The notes under the pieces are model-generated. The model was given only the letters and a program-made list of their open reading frames with translations. It did not search any database and had not been told where the DNA came from. A program made the translations under genes and the position numbers. Below are positions 31,706 to 41,900 of a stretch of 64,000 bases of DNA, piece after piece (the first letter of the stretch is position 1; every line of letters begins with the position of its first letter). Origin of the DNA: Thermodesulfobacteriota bacterium (GTDB lineage Bacteria > Desulfobacterota > Binatia > Bin18); assembly GCA_964291405.2 (NCBI GenBank), contig OZ219926.1:3840001-3904000 (forward strand). The letters run 5' to 3'.

Positions 31706-33928
31706 ATGGTGGTCGGAAAGTCGAAAGGTGGAGGGGCGAAAAGTCGAAAGGTGGATGAAACTCCCCGTCTCTTTGACCGGGCATCCTCCCCACCCCCTCT
31801 TATCAAGGAGGGAGAACCGGCGCGTTCTTTCCGACCGCGCCAGCCGCCGCTCAAAAATTCGGTGCAGTACGTCAAGGGCGTGGGGCCGCGGCGGGCCGCA
31901 CAGTTGGCGCGGTTAGGCATAGAGACGGTCGAAGATCTGCTCTACCACATTCCCTTCCGCTATCAGGATCGGCGCGAAATCAAGAAAATTTGTCATCTTC
32001 AGGTGGGGGATGAGACGGCGGTCACCGGTCAAATCGCCCGTATGGAACGGCGCTTTCTGGCCCGCCGCCGTCGCTGGGTGCTCGAAGCCGTTGTCCGAGA
32101 CGAAACCGGTTTTCTCTTCCTGCTGTGGTATCACCAGCATCGCTATTTTCAGCAGCGCTATCAACTTGGTCAGCAGGTCCTGCTGTACGGCAAGGTCGAG
32201 AAGGGCATGAAGGGCGGCAAGTGGATGATCCACCCGGACATGGAGCCGCTGGAAGAAGAAGACGAGACCGCCCGTGTCTTGCCCATTTACAATAAGACCA
32301 CCGAAATGACGGTGGCTGCCATGCGCCGGGTCGTGCATGGTGCCGTTGACCGCTACGTCGATCAGGTCGCCAACGGCGTGCCACAGGAAATTTGTGATCG
32401 CTTGAACCTGATGCCGCTCAATCACGCCCTGCGGCAGTTGCACTTCCCCCCGCTCGATACTGAGGTTGTTGAACTCAATGAGGCCGCCTCTCAGGCGCAC
32501 CGGGCCGTGGTGTTCGATGAACTCTTTTATTTGCAACTGGGCATGGCCCTGCGCCGGCGCAATACCGTTCGGGAAGAGGGGTTGTCCATTGTGCCGGGAC
32601 CGCTCGTCCAGCAGATATATAGTATCCTGCCGTTTCAATTGACCGCAGCCCAGGAGCGGGTGGTTGAGATGATTTTTCGGGATATGGCGGCTCCCCACCC
32701 CATGAACCGCCTGGTCCAGGGAGATGTTGGCTCGGGCAAGACGATCGTAGCCTTCTTTGCGGCCCTGGCCGCCCTCGATAGCGGCTACCAGGTGGCTTTC
32801 ATGGCTCCGACGGAGCTCTTAGCTGAGCAGCACTACCGGACGCTGACGCCGCTGGCTGAGCAACTCGGCCTGTCCATGACGCTGCTGACCGGAGAAATCC
32901 GCCCGAAACGGAAACAAGAGATCTATGGTCTCCTGGAACGGGGCGAGGTCGAGGTCGCGGTTGGCACGCATGCCCTGATCCAGGAGGGCGTGCGCTTTCG
33001 GCATCTGGGTCTGGCCATCGTGGATGAGCAGCATCGCTTTGGGGTGATGCAGCGCGCCGCCCTGCGAAAACGCGGTGCGAACCCGGACATTCTGCTGCTG
33101 ACCGCAACCCCAATCCCCCGCACTCTGGCCCTGACCCTGTACGGCGACCTGGATGTCTCAGCTATTGATGAACGCCCGCCTGGCCGCAAGCCGATCACGA
33201 CCCATGTGTTCCATGAAGGCGAGCGAAAAAAAGCCTATCATCTCGTCAAAGACCAGCTCGAACGGGGCCATCAAGCCTATGTGGTCTATCCGCTGGTCGA
33301 GGAATCCGAGAAGTCCGACCTCAAGGCTGCGACCTCCATGGCTAAAGAGCTGGCCCAGACTTTCTTTGCCGACTATTCGGTCGGGCTCGTGCATGGCCGC
33401 ATGAAGGGCGGTGAAAAAGAAGCGGTTATGCAGCGCTTCAAGGCTGGCGAGCATCATTTGCTGGTTTCGACTACCGTCATTGAGGTCGGCATTGACGTGC
33501 CGAACGCGACCGTCATGGTGATTGAGCATGCCGAGCGCTTCGGTCTGGCACAGTTGCACCAGTTGCGCGGTCGAGTCGGACGCGGGCAGGCCGCCTCCTC
33601 GTGTTTGCTGCTGGCCCAGTACGCGCCGGGCGACGAGTCCCAGCGGCGTCTTCAGGTCATGACGGAAACCGATGACGGCTTCAAAATTGCCGAAGCTGAC
33701 TTGGCGTTTCGCGGGCCGGGCGAGTTTCTGGGCACACGCCAGTCCGGCATGCCCGACTTCCGGGTGGCCAATATCGTGCGTGACAGCAAACTGCTGGAAA
33801 CCGCGCGAGACGAAGCCCTGACCTGGCTCGAACGTGACCCCAATCTGACCACCCCCGAATCCCGCCGGCTACGCGCCGTCCTCGAAGACCGCTGGGCCGG
33901 CCGGCTGGAACTGGCCAGGGTGGGGTGA
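31706..33928 (+). CDS. recG: ATP-dependent DNA helicase RecG (start uncertain, 31706 or GTG 31751)
   Basis: VKGVGP, QGDVGSGKT, DEQHRFG, TATPIPRT, QLHQLRGRVGRG, RGPGE. Confidence 0.95.
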   Translation: MVVGKSKGGGAKSRKVDETPRLFDRASSPPPLIKEGEPARSFRPRQPPLKNSVQYVKGVGPRRAAQLARLGIETVEDLLYHIPFRYQDRREIKKICHLQVGDETAVTGQIARMERRFLARRRRWVLEAVVRDETGFLFLLWYHQHRYFQQRYQLGQQVLLYGKVEKGMKGGKWMIHPDMEPLEEEDETARVLPIYNKTTEMTVAAMRRVVHGAVDRYVDQVANGVPQEICDRLNLMPLNHALRQLHFPPLDTEVVELNEAASQAHRAVVFDELFYLQLGMALRRRNTVREEGLSIVPGPLVQQIYSILPFQLTAAQERVVEMIFRDMAAPHPMNRLVQGDVGSGKTIVAFFAALAALDSGYQVAFMAPTELLAEQHYRTLTPLAEQLGLSMTLLTGEIRPKRKQEIYGLLERGEVEVAVGTHALIQEGVRFRHLGLAIVDEQHRFGVMQRAALRKRGANPDILLLTATPIPRTLALTLYGDLDVSAIDERPPGRKPITTHVFHEGERKKAYHLVKDQLERGHQAYVVYPLVEESEKSDLKAATSMAKELAQTFFADYSVGLVHGRMKGGEKEAVMQRFKAGEHHLLVSTTVIEVGIDVPNATVMVIEHAERFGLAQLHQLRGRVGRGQAASSCLLLAQYAPGDESQRRLQVMTETDDGFKIAEADLAFRGPGEFLGTRQSGMPDFRVANIVRDSKLLETARDEALTWLERDPNLTTPESRRLRAVLEDRWAGRLELARVG
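31717..31755 (+). repeat. 16-bp direct repeat AAAGTCGAAAGGTGGA x2
   Basis: Exact copies at 31717-31732 and 31740-31755, at the carB-recG junction. Confidence 0.6.
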
Positions 33929-33948
33929 GCCTGACGCCGTTCCGCATT

Positions 33949-34557
33949 TCATTTTTTCGGCTTACCAGGGATCATTTCTAAAGACTCGATATCACGAGTG
34001 TTCAAATACACCCCACCCTGCGTTAAATCTCGTCGGATATGAAGGTCGTTGTCCACGAGATACGCTGGACGGAGGAGGAACTCATGATCTTCAGCCGCAG
34101 GGTCAAAAGAGTATTCCTTTACCCAGCCCAGGTAGAGTACGTCCTGCTTGGTACGAGCGAGTACCCAGAGGTCATCCTTGGGAGCATTGTCAACAACAAC
34201 ATGCCAGATAGCCTGGGGGTCAGGGGTTGGAAAGAAGTCAAGTTTGATACGGAGCCAATGCCCGGCGATAAGAATACCGCCCCAAATAGCCCCTCCACCG
34301 AGTAGAACTGCAATCATCATGGGCTGGATTTCGGAGCCCGAATCTGGGTTTAGGATGTCAGGGTCTTTACAGCCAAGCATATAAGCCGCAGTTGAGAGTC
34401 CTAAAAGTATTAGAAAGCTATGCAGGATGCTCCAGCCAATGGCCTCAAACCGAGACAGGGGCTTGGCCGGGTAGCGCACCCGATAAATCTGCATGGCGAG
34501 GAAACCAGGTAGCAAATAGAGAAGGAGGACGAGGGTATCGCCAAGAGGAATCTTCAT
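33949..34557 (-). CDS. DUF6338-like membrane protein (3 TM helices plus predicted Sm-like beta domain)
   Basis: 202 aa; LLYLLPGFLA first TM, two further hydrophobic segments, then WVLARTKQDVLYLGWVKEYS...FLLRPAYLV...GGVYLNTRDIESLEMI. Family name from recall. Confidence 0.7.
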   Translation of the reverse strand: MKIPLGDTLVLLLYLLPGFLAMQIYRVRYPAKPLSRFEAIGWSILHSFLILLGLSTAAYMLGCKDPDILNPDSGSEIQPMMIAVLLGGGAIWGGILIAGHWLRIKLDFFPTPDPQAIWHVVVDNAPKDDLWVLARTKQDVLYLGWVKEYSFDPAAEDHEFLLRPAYLVDNDLHIRRDLTQGGVYLNTRDIESLEMIPGKPKK

Positions 34558-34598
34558 AGTTCCAGTGGCTTCGGAGAAAGTCTGTTGTTGCTGGGTTG

Positions 34599-34796
34599 CT
34601 ACGAATCATCATTACCTGTTTTTTGCAGCGTCGCATCCGAGTTATCGCTCCCACTCGGTTGTTGTGAACCCTGGCCACTCGGTTGTTGTGGGTTCTGGAC
34701 TATAACCGGTGGGCTGGAATCTGGATCTTTATTGGTGTGTGTGTACGACCTCAAGAGATCGGGGTTGAAATTGGAATGATCATTGCGCTTCGGCAT
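34599..34796 (-). CDS. 65-aa low-complexity peptide (DLLRSY motif), upstream of the DUF6338-like gene
   Basis: GGAGGT RBS 4 nt before ATG 34796; MPKRNDHSNFNPDLLRSYTHTNKDPDSSPPVIVQNPQQPSGQGSQQPSGS...; internal 16-bp direct repeat encoding QQPSG twice. Confidence 0.65.
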   Translation of the reverse strand: MPKRNDHSNFNPDLLRSYTHTNKDPDSSPPVIVQNPQQPSGQGSQQPSGSDNSDATLQKTGNDDS

Positions 34797-34888
34797 ATTT
34801 ACCTCCAAATAGAAGTTAGTTAGCTAGATTCCTCTTACTATAGACGGACAACCGAATGCAAACTGAGGCATCACCGGATCACCAAGGT

Positions 34889-37800
34889 ATGAACATCAAC
34901 AATACTGTACAGGGCAGTCTGTTTGCCCGCGACTTTCTGACGGAATCCATCTCGCAGTTATCCGACTGGCAGGCTGTTGACGATGCGGCCCTGGACGAAT
35001 TTGAACGCGCGCTGCGGAGTATCTTCGACCCCTTCCCGACCGACCAGACCCCCAACGAGAGCCAGACCGAGGACGATCTGATCTGGCCGGTACTCGAAGC
35101 CTTGGACTGGACGGCCAGCCTGCGCCAGCAGAATCTCTCGTCGCGCGGTCGGGACGACGTGCCCGACGGTTTGCTCTTTGCCGACGAGGCGACCAAGGGC
35201 CGCGCCAACCGTTACCAGCAGGAATGGAGGCGTTACGAGTACGGCTCAGCCGTGGTCGAGTCCAAACGTTGGTAACGTCCGCTTGACCGGCGCTCCGACC
35301 GGCGGGGCGAGGAGACCGCGCCCTCGACCCAGATGTTGCGCTACATGCGACGGGTGGACGACCTGACGAACGGTGCGTTGCGCTGGGGCATGTTGATCAA
35401 TGGAGCCAAGTGGCGGCTGTACTGGGCTGGTGCGCGGTCCGTATCGGAACAGTTCTTCGAGCTTGACTTGGCGGCGGCCCTGAATCTGCCCGGCCATAAC
35501 GACGGCCTGTTCGCGCTGTCCGAGACCGACCGCCGGCACTGCCTCAAGCTGTTTTTGCTCTTCTTCCGGCGTAACGCCTTCCTGTCCGATCCTGCCACCG
35601 CAGATTCGCGCACGCTACACCAGCGCGTTCTCGATGAGGGCCGCGTTTACGAAGAACGGGTGTCCGCTGATTTGTCCGAGTTGGTTTTCAAACAGGTATT
35701 TCCCAAGTTGGCTCGGGCCATTTCCGAAGCTGCCCCGGACGCACCGTTGTCCGAGGTGCGTGACTCGGCCTTGATTCTGCTCTATCGGTTGCTGTTTATC
35801 CTGTATGCCGAAGACCGCGACCTGCTGCCGGTGCGGGATGAGCGCTACGACGATTACGGCCTGCGCGACAAGGTGCGGGGCGACATTGGGCGCCGTAAGA
35901 GCCAGGGCGATACCTTCTCAGCCAGCGCGGCCCGTTATTGGTCAATCATTGACGATCTGTGCCGAGCGATTGACCAAGGCGATACCTCGATTGGCCTGCC
36001 GCCCTATAACGGCGGTCTGTTCGACCGGCAACGCACGCCGCTGCTGACCACCGTCCGGTTGGGTGATGCGGTCATGGCCGACGTGATTGACGCGCTCTCG
36101 TTTGAGGTGACCGACCAGGGCCGGCGCTATATCAACTACCGTGATCTGAGCGTGCAGCAACTCGGTTCAATATACGAACGCCTGCTCGAATACGAAGTCG
36201 TCCGCGACGGCACCGCAATCAACGTGCAGCCTAATGTGTTCGCTCGCAAGGGCTTGGGCAGCTATTACACCCCGGACGATCTCGTAGAGGTGATTCTCAA
36301 GGAGACGGTCGGCCCGTTGGTCGAGTCCTGCACGGAGGCTTTTGCCAAGAGGGTAAGGCGCATTCGTCGGAGTCGCCGCGAGCCGAGCGCCGGACTTGCC
36401 GACCTCAGGCGGCTCGATCCTGCCGAGCGGCTCTTGGAACTGAAAATCTGTGATCCGGCCATGGGTTCCGGGCATTTTCTGGTCAGTCTGGTGGACTATC
36501 TGGCCGACAGCGTAATTGCCGCTCTTGCCGAGGCTCAGGCTACGGTTGAGAACTATGTTTCGCCGTTGACCGAGCGGATTGACGATATTCGCACCACCAT
36601 CCTGCATAATGCCAGCGAACGCGGCTGGACCATAGACGCGGAACAGCTTGACGACCGTCACATCATTCGCCGCATGGTGCTCAAGCGCTGCGTGTACGGC
36701 GTGGACAAAAACCCCATGGCCGTTGAACTGGCCAAGGTGTCGCTGTGGCTGCATACCTTTACCGTAGGGGCACCGCTGAGTTTTCTGGACCACCATTTGC
36801 GCTGCGGCAACAGTCTGTTCGGCTGCTGGGCGCGTCAGGGCATCGAGAAGATGAGTGCCGGTGAACCGGGCTGCGGACGCGGCCAACGCCATGCAGGTTG
36901 TTGAGCATCTGACGGATGCCGAGATTGCCGAGGCCCACCAGTCCGCCCAGACCTTTGCGCAGGTGGAAGCCATGACCGCGCCGCTCGACGCGTTTCTGTC
37001 GCTGCTGCACGCCCTGGACTGGCTGGATATCCGAAATCGTGACGACACGGCTGCGCTGCATGCTTTTTTCGAGGGCCGCCTGGGCGACCCGCTCGATATT
37101 GCACCGGGACAGTGCCCCGTCTCGACCGCCACACCCGACGGCGAACGGTTCGCCGGGCTGTTGGAACGGGCACGCACTCTCATGGCCGAAGAGCGCTTTC
37201 TGAACTGGCAGGCCGCATTTCCCGGTGTGTGGACAAATCTGAAGAATGTGGAGCCGGACGGCGGCTTTGACGCGGTCATCGGCAACCCGCCCTGGGACCG
37301 TATCAAGCTGCAACAGGTCGAATGGTTCGCGGCCCGCCGCCCCGAGATTGCCCTGGCCCAGCGCGCTGCGGACCGCAAGCGTATGATCGCTGCCTTGGAA
37401 AGGGAGGGCGATCCGCTGAGCCGCGATTTTGCCAAGGCGAGCGAACGAGCCGTCGCTGCCACGCGCATGGCGCGGGCGTGTGGCGATTACCCCTTGTTAT
37501 CGCGTGGCGACGTGAATCTCTATTCCCTGTTTGTCGAGCGGGCCATGACGCTGGTTAAGCCGACGGGCATGGTTGGCCTGCTCGTGCCGTCCGGCATTGC
37601 GTCGGACAAGACCGCCGCCGCGTTTTTTCAGGGCGTGGCAACGGAGGGGCGGTTGCGGGCGTTGTACGACTTCGAGAATCGTAGAACCAAGTTCAATGCA
37701 CCGCCGTTTTTCCCGGACGTGGATAGCCGTTTCAAGTTCTGTGCAATCGTGGCCAGCCCGACATCAACCAGCGAGCCTGCCCACTGCGCGTTCTTTTTGC

Positions 37801-38942
37801 AGGATGTCTCCGAACTCAACGACCCGGAGCGGCGTTTCCCGCTGACTGCTGAGGACTTCGCTCGTGTCAATCCGAATACCGGCACCGCACCCATCTTCCG
37901 CACCAGCCGTGACGCCAAGCTAACGACTGCAATCTACGAACGCCTGCCTGTGTTGGTAGATTGCTCTGGTGGCGAGGAAGTCAAGGCGTGGCCGGTACGA
38001 TACTCGACCATGTTTCACATGACGAACGATTCCGGCCTGTTCCGTACACGGGAAGAGTTGGAAGAAGGGGAGGGTGCATGGCCTATTGGTGGCAACCGTT
38101 TTGGTAGCCCAAGTGGGGAATGGGTACCGCTATACGAGGGAAAGATGGTGCAGGCGTTCGATCACCGGGCTGCGAAAGTGGTGGTTAATCCCGAAAATCA
38201 GCATCGACCGGCCCAGCCCGTGCCTGCTACCCTGGAGCAGCACCGAAACCCGGCCTGGTTGCCTGACCCGCAGTTTTGGGTGGCTACATCGGAGTGCGGC
38301 TACTCCCCGGAATCGGGTTGGGTTCTGGGCTTCAAGGAAATCACAGCCCCCACGAATGTCAGGACCTTTATCGCTGCGCTCCTGCCTGCGGTAGGTTTCG
38401 GGAACAAGGTACCAATCCTCAAATCGGAGACGGCGGACCGAACCGAATGGCTGTTGGCCGCCAATCTCAATGCAACGATTTTCGATTTCGCAGTACGGCA
38501 GAAAGTACAAGGCCAGACCTTGAACCTCTTCATCGTCGAACAGCTACCCGTCGTTCCGCCCGACCGCTACAACACCGTCCGTTTCGGCCCCAAGACCGCC
38601 GGCGAGATTGTCCGCGAGGCCGTGTTGGAACTCACCTACACGGCTCACGACATGGCCTCTTTTGCCCGTGACCTGGGCCATATTGATGAGACTGGCGAAG
38701 TAAATCCGCCGTTTGTGTGGGACGAAGAACGCCGGTTGCATCTGCGGGCCAAGCTCGACGCGGTGTTCTTTCATTTGTACGGCGTCACCGACCGCGATGA
38801 CGTGCGCTACATCTATTCCACCTTTCCCATTGTCGAACGCCAGGAAACGGCGACCTATGGCCGCTACCGCTCGCGTGATTTGTGTCTGGCGTGGCTGAAT
38901 GCCTTGGCGGCGGGAGAGCCGGACGCAGAGATTGATTTGTGA
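34889..38942 (+). pseudogene. Type IIG (Eco57I-like) fused restriction endonuclease / N6-adenine methyltransferase, disrupted
   Basis: VPDGLLF...VVESKRW nuclease motif, LILLYRLLFILYAED, YNGGLF, QLGSIYE, GSYYTP, DPAMGSGHFL (motif I), GNPPW (motif IV). In-frame TAA at 35273-35275 and a frame change near 36850 split it into three ORFs. Confidence 0.85.
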
Positions 38943-38973
38943 CGCAAGTGTCTCATGGTATGCTGTGGAACTG

Positions 38974-41900
38974 ATGGGTCATATGCAGGGCTACATCCAA
39001 CTTGATCGGAAATTTCTCGAGTTCGACGAACGGTTACAAGCTGGGGAAAGTGATGACTCTCTGTTTGCGTTTGACCTCTCATCTAAAATAGGGAAGTCCT
39101 GGTCGGACATACTGAAAAATCGTTGTACCGTTATTCTGGCCGAAGCGGGTTCTGGAAAAACTACGGAGTTACGTGCCCAGACGGAGCGTCTTCGTCGCGA
39201 GGGCCAATCGGCTTTTTTTTGCCGACTAGAAATACTGGCTGACGAGTCTTTTGAAGACGCCTTGGAGGCCGACACATCTCAGGATTTCCCGTCGTGGAGA
39301 GATAGCGACGCGCACGGCTATTTCTTCCTCGACTCGGTTGATGAGGCACGGCTTGCCAGTCCCGGCGCTTTTGAGACGGCTGTCATCCATTTCGCCAAAG
39401 TGGTCAGGCACTATATGCACCGCTCAACGGTCGTCATTTCGACTCGTCCCAATGCGTGGCAAGCTCAAGCTGACCCGGACATGCTCAAAAGACGATTAGC
39501 CCTCCCTGAAGAAGTTAAACCGGCAAGCAACGATACAAGGAATTATGATCTCAATAATGGAGGCCGACTTCCCACACGAGGGAGCAAAGGGGCCGAAACT
39601 ACTGGGATGGGGAAAAATTCGTTCGTCATAATGCAGATGTCGCCCTTGAATCAAAGCCAAATACAAATTTTTGCAGAGGCCAAAGGAATAACCGACATCA
39701 CCGCATTTATGGAAGCCATCAACCGCGCAGATGCGGACGTTTTTGCAACTCGGCCGGCGGACCTGCCCGGTCTCATTGATGCTTGGAAAAAGAAGGAACA
39801 CCTCGGGAACTATTCCGAAGTTGTCTTGAAAAATATTGAACTCAAATTGTCGGAAGAGAATCCCGTTCATGGGCCACAAGCCCCACTCTCGCAAGACCGT
39901 GCGCTTGAAGGTGCAAGAGTCCTGGCTGCCGCAGTGACCTTGACGACATGCACGTCAATTCTGCTTCCTGACGATCCTATTGAAGAGACCCTTCGTGAAA
40001 AATGCCTGGACCCTAAAGAAGTTCTGCCAGACTGGCAGTCTGCTGAGATTCGCGCCCTCCTCGGTCGTGCGCTGTTTGAAGAAGCGCTCTACGGTTCCGT
40101 TCGATTTCATCACCGGACCGCACGCGAGTATCTTACGGCATGTTGGTTTAAGAAGTTGCTTTCGCAACAAAAGAATCGCCGCAATATAGAATGCCTGTTC
40201 TTTGCCCGCCCCTATGGCGTCCTCCCCGAAATAGTTGCTCCTTCTCTCAAGCCGGTAGTCGGCTGGCTCGCCGTCTGGGACCCAGGAATTTGTACTCGTA
40301 CCTTGCACACCGACCCGAAAGTTTTGTTGGAATACGGAGACGCTTCGGCACTTGATATCAGGACCCGTGAAACCCTGTTGAGAGATTTTGCAAGCCGTTA
40401 CGAGAACCGTGATGACACTCCACTGAGCCTTCATGTTCGAGAAGTACGCCGTTTGGCGGATCACCGATTAGCCGGGGTCATACGTGATCTTCTCCAAAAA
40501 TATCGCAATCACGGCGACGTCAGAAGACTCTTGCTGCGTATCATTCGAGAAGAACGAATTCCTGATTGCGGGCAACTCGCCCACTCGTTGGCAATTGACC
40601 CCGAAATGGACGTTTACACGCGAAGTACCGCGGTACGGGCGGTCGGCTTGGCCGGAAACCCTGACGAGCAAAAACGGTTAGCCGAGGAAATTCTCGGTCA
40701 AGTTTCCAGTCTGGAGCAAGATATTGTGGGGGCAGCTATTGAAACGCTTTGGCCCAATGCCTTCACAGATCAAGATGTTTTGACGATTCTTGAAAAGACA
40801 CCTGTTCCTGAGCAGTTCGGGGCTGCCGAGTTGAAGTATGCAATCTCGCAAATGCCGGGGCGCATTTCGGACAGGAGCCGAGTCCAAAACCTTCTCGCCG
40901 CTGTGCTCAAACTCGTCTCACAGCCTCCCTGGCACCAAGACGAAATTTGCCGAATCTCGAAAAGATACGACTGGCTAGTAAACCTGCTCTGGGCTTTAGT
41001 GAAAAGGTTTAATTTCTTGCATGGCGCTCCAGAGACCGTTCCTGGGTTTCTATCGGCTATATCTTTGTGTGCTCGGTCCCATCATTATATTCGTCATTAT
41101 AGAGGCGATATGGATGATGAGATTGCTCAACTTCTTCATGGTAATGCCAAAATCAGACATGCGTTGTTCTGGTATAAGTATGAACAAGCCAGACAAGTGG
41201 AAGAGGAGCCTATTACTGATTATCGATTTATTTATGGATTCCCGCGTACAAGTGTCCTGGAGAAAGAGGATAGGGACTATTACCTTCAAGAACTTCGTGA
41301 GCGTTCGGACCCCGTAGAGAGACAGATCGTAATGTCTGTTCTGTTCGGGGTTTATAATGCCAGTAAAGATGTTGTCTTGCGCGAACGCATTAGGGATGCA
41401 GTGAGTGGTGCCCCGGACCTCGTAGCCGAATTCAACCGACTACTCACACCGTCCGCGCCCTCCGAAGCATACCTTGAGGCGCAAAGAGAGATTTCTGAAA
41501 GTCTCTTGCAAAGACAACAACAGGAAATAGAGGATGCCCAAGCACGTCAAGATTGGATTGAAAGATTGAAAGCCGACCCGAGTATGGTCGGCGACCTGTC
41601 CTTAGCTGCTGAGGGACAAGTCTGGAATAATACCTATGGGCTTCTACAGGAGATTGAAGAGAAAACCCATGCAGGTAATCGTCTAACAGCGTCCCAATGG
41701 GAACTTCTCATCCCTGAGTTTGGAGAGATCGTCGCCCAACGGTTCCGCGATTTCTGTCGAGATTTCTGGAGACGCTACACGCCGTCCGTGCGGTCCGAGA
41801 CCGCGGAGGGAAACCAGACGATAGCACCCGCTCTGATTGTTGGTACTAGCGGATTGGCTATGGAGGCCAACGGCGATGAGACATGGGCCGCCCAACTAAC

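Noticed and set aside
35273-35275. Programmed readthrough or selenocysteine/pyrrolysine recoding in the RM gene
   Set aside because: The stop is TAA, and a second independent frame disruption exists downstream.
35333-38942. BREX PglX or DISARM methyltransferase
   Set aside because: No brxC/pglZ/brxL or drm genes nearby; the N-terminal PD...ExK motif fits a stand-alone Type IIG enzyme.
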